A stretch of DNA of 52,099 nt, the filler included, from Stramenopiles sp. TOSAG23-2 (Eukaryota): NCBI GenBank assembly GCA_900128395.1. It is 3 parts of 3 records of this genome, joined end to end, with 100 filler letters (N's around TTAATTAATTAA, not from the genome) between each part and the next. Parts side by side here need not be neighbours in the genome. Positions count along the whole stretch, not along the records: positions 17,410 to 34,711 come from LT649651.1; 2 more parts are not named here. One strand, 5' to 3'. The first letter of the stretch is position 1. Each line of letters begins with the position of its first letter. The translations under genes were made by a program, and so were the position numbers. The notes beneath the pieces are model-generated. The model was not told the DNA's origin and did not search any database. It saw nothing but the letters and a program-made list of their open reading frames with translations. Below are positions 21,078 to 30,192 of the stretch, piece after piece.

Positions 21078-22271
21078 TTACCAACGCTTGTTTGTGAAAA
21101 ATCAAATGAACTATTGATTGACCCAGTACGGTTAATTGACGATGGACATATTTATGAAAAGCAAATTATAGAAAATTATTTATTAAGTAATAACACTTCG
21201 CCTGTGACAGGAGAAGTTTTAAAGTCCAAAGAAATCGTTGAAGAAAAAGAATTAAAGTATGCATCAGAACAATTGCTTAGATTGTCAGATATGCCGTTGT
21301 CCGAAGGACTTGCAGATACATTACGTGATGAAATCAATAAATCATTACAGCAAGTAATACATGAGAATAATGCATATATTAAAGAACATGCAACTTTAAA
21401 ACTGTTAACAACTGAATCATCCTCCTCCACCTCACCTGATAATAATGTTACTAATTATAATAATAATGGTTCTATGACAAACAATAAAGAAGATAATATT
21501 AGTACACTGAACAATTTAAAAATGGAAGAAAAATCTTTATTGGAAAGCATTAATAAGATTAAAAGGTCTCGTGTAAACTTGTTAAATAAACGTAAAAAGC
21601 TTGTTAAATTAGAAAATAAATTACTAGAATATGAGTTTTCCTTCAATAGAGCTATTAATCAAGTTGATACGAAGATTCATAGCGAGGAACAAGATGGAAA
21701 TTTATTGATTGAAGAATATTTGGAAAAGAAAAAGCGATTGAAAATTTTGTCTTCCATTAACGTTTGTAATGTTGCTTTTTTCCTATGGACAGATGGTCCG
21801 TTTGGCACTATTAACACGTTTCGATTAGGTCGTACACCTGCAATATTAGTTGACTGGAATGAAATCAATGCTGCGTGGGGACAAACTGCATTATTATTAG
21901 CAACAATAGCGCATAAATTAGGCTTTACTTTTACACGATATCGAATTATACCCATGGGTAGTAATTCAAAAATTGCCAAAGCTGGGCAGGAACGTACATC
22001 GTATGATTTAAGTCATCATGGTGGTCGATGGTTATCTGGTGGAAGATTTAATACAGCAATGGCAGCATTTCTAGAATGTGTAAGTGAATTATGTGATTAT
22101 GCTACTAGCATTGATCGTTCTTTTTTGTTACCACACACAGTAAAAGGTAGTAAAATTGATGGATTTACTATTAAATTGCATGCAAATTCTAGTAAAGATT
22201 GGACACGTGCGTTGAAATATATGTTATCTAATTTAAAATGGTTATTAGCTTGGAGTGTGAGGGGGTTTTAA
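21078..22271 (+). CDS. BECN1: Beclin-1/ATG6/Vps30 with an N-terminal U-box-like domain; start codon unresolved
   Basis: BARA-domain motifs FGTINTFRLGR, VDWNEINAAWGQTALLL, RYRIIPMGSNSKI and WTRALKYMLSNLKWLLAW, preceded by a coiled coil. The N-terminus LPTLVCEKSNELLIDPV..DGHIYEKQIIENYL..NNTSPVTGEVL follows the U-box pattern. Confidence 0.88.
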   Translation, partial: LPTLVCEKSNELLIDPVRLIDDGHIYEKQIIENYLLSNNTSPVTGEVLKSKEIVEEKELKYASEQLLRLSDMPLSEGLADTLRDEINKSLQQVIHENNAYIKEHATLKLLTTESSSSTSPDNNVTNYNNNGSMTNNKEDNISTLNNLKMEEKSLLESINKIKRSRVNLLNKRKKLVKLENKLLEYEFSFNRAINQVDTKIHSEEQDGNLLIEEYLEKKKRLKILSSINVCNVAFFLWTDGPFGTINTFRLGRTPAILVDWNEINAAWGQTALLLATIAHKLGFTFTRYRIIPMGSNSKIAKAGQERTSYDLSHHGGRWLSGGRFNTAMAAFLECVSELCDYATSIDRSFLLPHTVKGSKIDGFTIKLHANSSKDWTRALKYMLSNLKWLLAWSVRGF

Positions 22272-25200
22272 TCTCTCTCTTCTTCATTAGGTGCTTTTGC
22301 AACACGAGAAACTACTAATCCACCTTTTGCACCCCCGGTATTTAAACGCTTTTGAAGCAAAGATTGATTTATACGCTGTCTATTTTTATGAAATTCTGGA
22401 GCAGCTTTGATTAATTTTACATCAACAGCCCTCATAGCAAGAAACTCTTCGTTGACATCTTCGCCATCTAGGTTTTTTCTAGATTTTTTCTTTTCACGCA
22501 ATGGTACTAAACGATACTCCACTTCATCTCCTTCTTTCAAAGTGATGTTATCCCCTTGTACATCTACAAATTCAAATTGTATAGAACGATATTTACTTTT
22601 GTAAGATTTTATAAATCCATATCTATTTTCTTTCGTAGTATCAACAACGCCTGTATCTGCCAATATACCACCTTTCTCTTTGCATATCAAATTTCTTGCA
22701 AATAGAAATCGTGTCAGCACTACATCTTGAGCTAATTCGAACTCTACAACATCTCCAATACGAGGTATATATTTACCATTACCAATATCACCTTCTTCAA
22801 TATCATCAAGTCTAAAATATGTTATTAAATCTGCTTTTGTCTCTTTCATGACTGTATCCTCTTGTTCCTTTTCAATTACTTCCACTTCTTTCTTGTCATC
22901 ATGATTTTCTTGCTCGTTCCCTTCTATCTCTTCATCACCTTCGTCGCCAACCGTTGCTTCCACTTCATTTATCTCAACTGCTGATTTTGTTGCCTCCTCA
23001 TCTGTTGTAGTATCTACTTTTGCAACATCATCTATTGCCGGCTTTGAATCTACTTTTTGATTACTATTTTCATTTTCTTCTGCTGGTGTTTTACTACCAC
23101 TCGTCGTCATGGATTTTAATATTTCTGTAAATTCTTGTATCATATTACTATTACCAGACTCATTATTCTCCCTTTCATCATTCAATTTAATTTTACCCAA
23201 TTGGTATCTCAAATCTCGTATATCCACACCAGAGTATTTTCCATGCCTCTTGCTTGAATTTCTAGAAGAAAAATCTTTGACAACAGTGCCAACAAATTTT
23301 ATATTGCTCGTACTTGTTCCTTCAAGTGGCTTTAATCTATGGGCAGATCCAAATTTTTTTCTCAATGTACCAGGATTTAAAACTCTTATCGATAATGCAC
23401 AAATATTTTTTTCCTTATCATCACCGCCATTACGCCTTGGCTGTTTTTTTGATTCACCTAATACAAATGAAACTTCATCATTGATACGAATATTCACATT
23501 TCCTCGCTTTGATCTTCTGTCACTTCCACCTCTTCGACCTTTTCCAAATGAGGACGATTGTCGCGAAGAGGGAGAAGATGAAGCTTGAACTTCACTAAGG
23601 TGGAAAAAGTAACGAGCCTCGTGGCTTACACATTCGATAAATCCAATAGGTTGCTTTCTATGAGTTGTAGCTACAATACCATATATAACTTCTTTCTTTT
23701 TCGCTTTTTCTTTGATTTTAATGTTTTGTGCAAAAACAGAATTCTTATTCCTTATGCCATATAGCTGAAATTCTATAATATCACCTACTCCAACATTAGT
23801 GCGAATCTTGGCCATAGCATCGCTGGAAAATTTAGCTTCAAGTACTGGTGGTGTTGAAAACACAAAGTTAAATAAAGATTCTTTTTTTTCATCGCTTGCA
23901 TTATTATCGTCTTTGCCACTTTGCTTCCCACTACTGTTTCCCTTTTTTTTTATAATATAATTCACAATTCTTCCACCATTATCTTTTTCTTCTTTCAAAA
24001 TTGTAAGACCAAGCTTCGCTGTTAACTTTGCAAAATACTCTTTTTTTACATCTAACCAACGATCTTTCACCATGATTTCAACTTTCTGTGCCTTTGAATC
24101 TTTGAAATCAAGCACTTGAGCATTTAATAAAGGAAACATTTTCTCCAAAGAAGTTACAGATTGTAAATTTACCAATACTATACCATTCGATGGCGAAGAT
24201 CCTCCCCTGCCACTAACTTTAACAGCATTAGTTGTAACTTTGCCTGTAACATTTTCACTAATAACGTATTGCCTTTGCTTAGATATTGTACCACGATGCA
24301 AAATATGAACTCGTGTAGCAACTTCCTTTTTTTGTCCTCCTTTATCCCCATCCCGTTGATCATCCTCAATATCAAAAGATACCTCATCACCCAATTTTAT
24401 TGGTGCAGGTAAATTGTCCTGTGAAAAGGATGATTTTTGTTGGCTTCTACTATTGTTGTTGCTCTTTTTCTCATTTCGCGATTCATTTTTGGGATGAAAT
24501 ACACCGCTAAAATGGAAGAAAATTTCATTGTCTCTACCACGATTATTGTTATTTTTTCGTCTTATTAGGCCATATCCATTTTTAATAGCACTAATTGTGC
24601 CATAGAAACGTGAAAGTCGCTGAACCCTCGTACCCTTTGCATATGGATTTTTCATCCGAACATTTGTTACATATATTTGGCGGGATTTACCGATATTTGG
24701 TCGTACAATACGAAGATACACAGCATCGCCAATTTTAAACTCAGCAGGAATATCACGGCCTAACCAAGACCATTCAGTGAAAGCAACTTCATCACTTGTA
24801 AATGATACTTCTTCATTTTGTTTTGAAGATGTGTTCTTCCTACTTTTACCTTTTCTTCTACTAGGCGATTTACTACGGCTTTTAGCTCCATCTTCATTTT
24901 TCTCTACTAATAAGCTTGGATCTTCCAATTGCAAAAGTCCACCGCTGCCATAACGTGGCATTCTTCCTCTATTTTTATCTCCACGACCGTTACGGGTACT
25001 TGAAGACTTGAAACGTAATTCTTTAACGACATATCCTACAGCATTATCAGCAATAACTTTCTCCAATTTTATTGTACCAGATTTTAATTTTCTTAAATTA
25101 CATACAATTTTTTTTGTCTTATCACTACCATCATATAGTGGTACATCTATCAAAGAAAATGAAACTTCATCTTTGCTTTTAACACGATTTTCATTTTGTA

Positions 25201-26860
25201 GATACATATCAAAAGACAAATCATCTTTCAATGATCCAACAGGAGTGATAGAGTAACGATCTTTAGCGTTGTTATTGTTATTGCTACTACCACGCCGTCC
25301 TCTTAAATCGTTGATAATACCATGATAAACCTTCTCTTTTTTATTACTACCTTTTAATTTAGATGCGATATATTCTTTCACATATTCCGCGTTTGTTTTC
25401 AATAATTTAATATTTACAGCATGTTCCAAATCTGTTCGTTTTTCAATTCCAATTGTAAATTCGCATACATCGCCACGACGTAAGCGCAATGATTTTTCTC
25501 CATTTTTTGTCCTTATTTTATTGAAAACATCCATTGAACGAGACAAGAACTTCAATGTTTTTGATCCTTTCGCTTCTGTTGCATCTTCAGAATTGCTTGT
25601 TTTTGCGGAAGCATCTGCTTCAATTACAGTAAATACTCCATGTCGCACATTTGCATCGGTCGAGCTTATACGATTATTGGAAAAATCACCTTTTCTCGAT
25701 GGAGCCATCGCTTTTGTAACAATACCTTTTATCACTTTGCTCTCATTCGATATTTTATCCCATTTTACCGTACCATTTGGTAAAGTAGAAACATCAATTG
25801 CGTTAAATTCACCTTTCTTGTTTTTATTTCGAGAGTTAACTATTTCATATTTAACTTCTACGCCTACTTGAATGTCATCTACTGATGAAGATTTGGAAAC
25901 ATCGCGAATACTAAAATAATAATCACGATCTTCCTTGCAACTTTTTATGAAACCAAATCCTTTGTCTAAATTTATTGATACAACTAGTCCTTCATCTAAA
26001 TTTTTTTGTCTTGTCTTCCTTTGCAGCGGTTTTTGTTTCTTTGTCCCAAATAACTTCTCCCGCTCGCTACCATAGCTTCCCATGGAATCGTTAGACTGTT
26101 GTCGATAGATGCGGTTGTCATCTCGACGGCGATCGTCACGGCGATTATTATCCCGGCGATTGTCACGGCGATTATCGTAATAAGAGTTATCATTATCACG
26201 ACTGTCGCTACGACGAAAATTGTCCCGTGAAGAACTCCTATCAAAACTGCCTCGGTCCCTTCGATCATATTCTCCACCTCCTCTACCATAATCTCGTCTA
26301 TCATCAAAGCTTTGCCTTGAGTCGTAATCTCTTCTGTTATAGTTATCTCGTCGATCATAACTATCGCGCCGGTCATAGCTATCACGTCGGTCGTAGCTAT
26401 CTCGGCGATCATAGTCCCGTCGATCGTCCCGTCGACGATCATTGTCTCTTCGACCATAATCTCTTCGATCGTAGTCTCTACGATTATCTTCTCTATAATC
26501 ATTTCTTGAAGAGTTATCTCTACCGCCATCGTTTCTCATACCGCGGCCACCGCTACGTCGATCTTCTTTATAGTCATCATCTCTGGAAGATCTACGTCTG
26601 TTGTCTCTATTCATATTGCTGTTGTTATTATTACTATTACTATTATTATTATTACTAAGTTGCCTATTATTTCCTCCTTGCTGTCGTAGTGGCGGTTCGA
26701 GTGCTTCCATATTCCAGGGAGACTTGGACGGAGCATTATTATTATTATTGTTGCTATTATTGTTATTATTTGATGTTGGCGCAGTAGGTTGTTGTTCTTC
26801 CTCTTCTGATGATGATTCTTCGGAATCAGTTACATGATCCGCCCACAGTCCATCGTCCAT
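22268..26860 (-). CDS. Multi-cold-shock-domain RNA-binding protein, CSDE1/UNR-like, with an Asn- and Arg/Asp-rich disordered N-terminus
   Basis: Repeated CSD/OB motifs (KGFGFIK..DYYF, GYGLI..EIFFHFS, IGFIECVSHEARYFFHLSEV, YGFIK..IQFEF..LKEGDEVEY). C-terminal SUZ-C-like VSRVAKAP. YDRRD(S/N) repeats near the N-terminus. Confidence 0.75.
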   Translation of the reverse strand: MDDGLWADHVTDSEESSSEEEEQQPTAPTSNNNNNSNNNNNNAPSKSPWNMEALEPPLRQQGGNNRQLSNNNNSNSNNNNSNMNRDNRRRSSRDDDYKEDRRSGGRGMRNDGGRDNSSRNDYREDNRRDYDRRDYGRRDNDRRRDDRRDYDRRDSYDRRDSYDRRDSYDRRDNYNRRDYDSRQSFDDRRDYGRGGGEYDRRDRGSFDRSSSRDNFRRSDSRDNDNSYYDNRRDNRRDNNRRDDRRRDDNRIYRQQSNDSMGSYGSEREKLFGTKKQKPLQRKTRQKNLDEGLVVSINLDKGFGFIKSCKEDRDYYFSIRDVSKSSSVDDIQVGVEVKYEIVNSRNKNKKGEFNAIDVSTLPNGTVKWDKISNESKVIKGIVTKAMAPSRKGDFSNNRISSTDANVRHGVFTVIEADASAKTSNSEDATEAKGSKTLKFLSRSMDVFNKIRTKNGEKSLRLRRGDVCEFTIGIEKRTDLEHAVNIKLLKTNAEYVKEYIASKLKGSNKKEKVYHGIINDLRGRRGSSNNNNNAKDRYSITPVGSLKDDLSFDMYLQNENRVKSKDEVSFSLIDVPLYDGSDKTKKIVCNLRKLKSGTIKLEKVIADNAVGYVVKELRFKSSSTRNGRGDKNRGRMPRYGSGGLLQLEDPSLLVEKNEDGAKSRSKSPSRRKGKSRKNTSSKQNEEVSFTSDEVAFTEWSWLGRDIPAEFKIGDAVYLRIVRPNIGKSRQIYVTNVRMKNPYAKGTRVQRLSRFYGTISAIKNGYGLIRRKNNNNRGRDNEIFFHFSGVFHPKNESRNEKKSNNNSRSQQKSSFSQDNLPAPIKLGDEVSFDIEDDQRDGDKGGQKKEVATRVHILHRGTISKQRQYVISENVTGKVTTNAVKVSGRGGSSPSNGIVLVNLQSVTSLEKMFPLLNAQVLDFKDSKAQKVEIMVKDRWLDVKKEYFAKLTAKLGLTILKEEKDNGGRIVNYIIKKKGNSSGKQSGKDDNNASDEKKESLFNFVFSTPPVLEAKFSSDAMAKIRTNVGVGDIIEFQLYGIRNKNSVFAQNIKIKEKAKKKEVIYGIVATTHRKQPIGFIECVSHEARYFFHLSEVQASSSPSSRQSSSFGKGRRGGSDRRSKRGNVNIRINDEVSFVLGESKKQPRRNGGDDKEKNICALSIRVLNPGTLRKKFGSAHRLKPLEGTSTSNIKFVGTVVKDFSSRNSSKRHGKYSGVDIRDLRYQLGKIKLNDERENNESGNSNMIQEFTEILKSMTTSGSKTPAEENENSNQKVDSKPAIDDVAKVDTTTDEEATKSAVEINEVEATVGDEGDEEIEGNEQENHDDKKEVEVIEKEQEDTVMKETKADLITYFRLDDIEEGDIGNGKYIPRIGDVVEFELAQDVVLTRFLFARNLICKEKGGILADTGVVDTTKENRYGFIKSYKSKYRSIQFEFVDVQGDNITLKEGDEVEYRLVPLREKKKSRKNLDGEDVNEEFLAMRAVDVKLIKAAPEFHKNRQRINQSLLQKRLNTGGAKGGLVVSRVAKAPNEEERD

Positions 26861-27048
26861 GTTTGAATAAGTATTTTTGTAAATTAAATTCTCTTGATTT
26901 CCTTCTTTTCTTGTTGTTTAATATGTTATATTTTGGTGTACGTACAGTCGTCCAATAAAGGTTATATAATGTTGTTGATATTTTAATAAATGGATAAATC
27001 TTTTATCTCTCCTCCGCCACAACACAGGCTCTCTCCCTTTTTTTGTTG

Positions 27049-27136
27049 TGGCGTGGCACTCTGGCACTCCTGGCACTCTGGCCTGCCCAGCCTGCCCAGC
27101 CTGCTGGCACTCCACAGCACTCTGGCACTCAGCATC
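27049..27136. repeat. GC-rich (C)TGGCACT / CCTGCCCAG micro-repeat cluster upstream of the CSD gene
   Basis: TGGCACT occurs five times and CCTGCCCAG twice within about 90 bp. Confidence 0.7.
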
Positions 27137-27365
27137 AGTCGTCCATGATGTGTCCCTGGTGTGCCGATGATTATAATATTGGTGGTTGGTATGAGTAGCA
27201 GGAATACAGTGTAGCATAGTATATGCCTGGTATGCTGGATGCATAGTATTAATATATTTATAATAGCTTATTAATATGATGGTAAACCAGGTAAAAACAC
27301 CTGTGTCGCGCCCTCTCTCTCTCTCTCTCTCTCTCTCTCTAGGAATATGAAGAATCTTTTTATCT

Positions 27366-29600
27366 TTACAAATTTTGAAACAAATGAATTCCACCGTCAC
27401 TACCACAACTAAATAACCATGGGAGTGTTGGATGAAACAATATTTTCATGACACCTAAGCGATCTTTTGATTTATGGCCTTTTAAAACTTTAACTGGTAC
27501 TATTAATGGATTTTGTATCAAATCATTATAAACTCTTGCATGGAAAATATGTATTGTGCCATCATCAGATGCCGATGCCATTAATGGATATTGCTTATGA
27601 AAAGCTACTGAACGGATTCCTTTTTCATGGTAACGCAAGGTTTTATATGGTCTATCAGACAGATCTAAATCGAACCAACATAAGCGTTTATCATAACTTC
27701 CAATAATTAAATGATCTCCACCTGGATGGATATCAATACTTGATATCCATTTAGCACCAGATTTTAATTTCTTAATCATAGTTTGTCTTTGTAAATTATA
27801 TATACGTATGGTTGTTTGAGATGCGACGAAAAAAAATGGTTTTGTAGGATGGAACTTTATAGCTTGCACTAAAACATCTTTCGTAAATGGTGCTCGCGAT
27901 GAACGTTTCGATACTTGATGTATCAAGACTGCTTTAGTTTTAGCACCACCATGCATTAATGTTGATAAATAATCCCCTTTTCCATGCCATGCGATACCTA
28001 ATACACTTTCGCCATTATGAATATTGAGAACAAGACCATGATGCAAATGTTTCCCAGAATATTTATTATTATTTACATTATTTTTACTATTATTATTATC
28101 ATCATCGTCATCGCTATCGCTGTCGCTATTGCTGTCTTTCTCCTCCGAATTCACCGTATAGTCCCAACTTTTCCATGATATAAGTTCTTTTTGCTTTTTT
28201 AATAATGTCGCTGAATCATTTATATCCTCTTCATTAGAACTTGTTGAAATGGCATTCTTGCCATCAGATGTTATATTCATCCATTGAATTGTTGATGTAT
28301 TATTTTCTTCATTTTCGGTAAAAGTATTTAATAAATATACATTTTTTCCACAGCCAACTGCTACAACAGATTTATCTGGCCTTGGATTCCATTCAACACA
28401 TGTAATAGTTTGATCAAATTTAACTTGATTAATACAACGTCCAGTAGTAATTTCCCATAATGCTAACCGACCATCATCTCCACCTGTTGCTAAATATTGT
28501 GCTGATGGGCTTACACTTAATGCACGAATACGTCCTTCATGGACTCCCTCAAATGTAATAGCAAGAGCATTTGGAAATGGTTTCAATTCTGTCACGCTGG
28601 GCAAACGAGGTAACAAGGAATCTGGGTTAATATTCAATTTATGCAGCTTTGCTCTTGGTGCTAAATGCAAATCTAAACAACGCTCAAAACGTTCTTTGAC
28701 GAAGTTATTGTATGCTGGGACTTTTCTCATTGAATCATATCCACGTGGTATGAAATTATCTGGACGATCTTCTGGATCCATTTCATCCCATTCTTTTTTT
28801 TCCTCTTCCGTTGGTAAATATTCTTTTGGTGGGTTATATGACGCATTATGTCCTGGTAACGTTAATTTTGGTGCTTGTATCGGTGGTGGGCCTTTTCCTT
28901 TGCCTTGCTCCTCTCCAGTCGTATTATCATCACCCCATAATAAATATTCTTCCTGTTTTGGTTCTTTTTTTTCATTAATTTTTATACGACCTTCACGTAT
29001 ACCTTTCACAATTTTCATAACTTTCTGTCTTTCCCATTTTGAAGGAATAAAACGTCGTTTTGGTTCTGTTTCTACACCCATGGCATGGATTTGTACTTTG
29101 TTGCTGTGGGTTCTTACATAATCAGGTGTGTCATTAAATTCTGGATGGGCATATGTACCAGACATCATACGTCTAATTAAAAGCATTTGACGATCCGATA
29201 AAACAACTTCACGATCATTATATGCATCATATACAGTTCTTCTATAATTTGGATCATCTTGACTAGCTAAATATCTATCCAAACCATCTCCACGTGAAGC
29301 TTTTTGTAATCGTTTTCCATCTAACGTATAACCAATATGATCATGCTCTTCATACCAATGCAATGGAACATCACCTATAGTATTAATAGCTTCTTCATCA
29401 TCAGATGATAGATCATCCACATGCATTTCTTTTGCACGTTGCAACGAGCCATCTGCTTCAGCAAGTTCTAATTCTTTATTACGACGTTCCATACCTTTAA
29501 ATATTTGTTCTGTCGTCATAGTATCCGTGCTGTTCGTTGTATCATTTTCTTCTTCGTATGTACTCTTTGAAGAGGATGAAGATGAGGAAGAAGAAGACAT
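27366..29600 (-). CDS. BOP1: Ribosome biogenesis protein BOP1/Erb1
   Basis: BOP1NT motifs NTIGDVPLHWY..HIGY, PKRRFIPSKWE, LPGHNASYNPPKEYL and ERFERCLDL, then WD40 repeats ending NPLIVPVKVL..FHPTLPWLFSCGSDG. Confidence 0.97.
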   Translation of the reverse strand: MSSSSSSSSSSKSTYEEENDTTNSTDTMTTEQIFKGMERRNKELELAEADGSLQRAKEMHVDDLSSDDEEAINTIGDVPLHWYEEHDHIGYTLDGKRLQKASRGDGLDRYLASQDDPNYRRTVYDAYNDREVVLSDRQMLLIRRMMSGTYAHPEFNDTPDYVRTHSNKVQIHAMGVETEPKRRFIPSKWERQKVMKIVKGIREGRIKINEKKEPKQEEYLLWGDDNTTGEEQGKGKGPPPIQAPKLTLPGHNASYNPPKEYLPTEEEKKEWDEMDPEDRPDNFIPRGYDSMRKVPAYNNFVKERFERCLDLHLAPRAKLHKLNINPDSLLPRLPSVTELKPFPNALAITFEGVHEGRIRALSVSPSAQYLATGGDDGRLALWEITTGRCINQVKFDQTITCVEWNPRPDKSVVAVGCGKNVYLLNTFTENEENNTSTIQWMNITSDGKNAISTSSNEEDINDSATLLKKQKELISWKSWDYTVNSEEKDSNSDSDSDDDDDNNNSKNNVNNNKYSGKHLHHGLVLNIHNGESVLGIAWHGKGDYLSTLMHGGAKTKAVLIHQVSKRSSRAPFTKDVLVQAIKFHPTKPFFFVASQTTIRIYNLQRQTMIKKLKSGAKWISSIDIHPGGDHLIIGSYDKRLCWFDLDLSDRPYKTLRYHEKGIRSVAFHKQYPLMASASDDGTIHIFHARVYNDLIQNPLIVPVKVLKGHKSKDRLGVMKILFHPTLPWLFSCGSDGGIHLFQNL

Positions 29601-30192
29601 GATAAAAAAGTTTTAATTTCTTTATACAATGTTGTTACTGCTTATTACTTTCTATATCTCTAGTACGTGTGAATATTAATAAATCAATTTTGTATTTTGA
29701 TATATAAGTTTACCTGGTAATAAAGTTCCTAAATAAAAAAGTCAAATAATAATAAGAAGAAGATTATTTCGTGGCTGTAAACTGGTAAACCTGTGAGGAA
29801 GAATTTTGATATTTTTGCAAAACACAGCATGGGATTAGTATTATATTTCTATGATGTTAGGAATACTGATTGAGTGACTGTACTGCTGTGATGTACTGCT
29901 GATTGTACGGTATTTTGGTGGGTGTCTAGTATAGTAGTTTTCGCTAACTTTTTATGAATACCTGTGGTATTATAATAGTAATTCCATGCTGGTAAAATAA
30001 CATTATAGACGACTATATACGGTATTATTTTTATTTGGAAGGTAAATGGAAGAGAGACATGTCTATATATGTGTGTGTGTGTGTGTATGTGTGTGTATGT
30101 AAAACAAGAAATATAGGATCAAGTATATAATAATTATAATAACAAAAGACATTTATTTATATATAAAAAAAATTCAACAAGAAAACGAAATT

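Noticed and set aside
26918-27406. 162-aa minus-strand ORF
   Set aside because: Runs through a (CT)n microsatellite and the promoter micro-repeats, overlaps the BOP1 end, and has no protein-like features.
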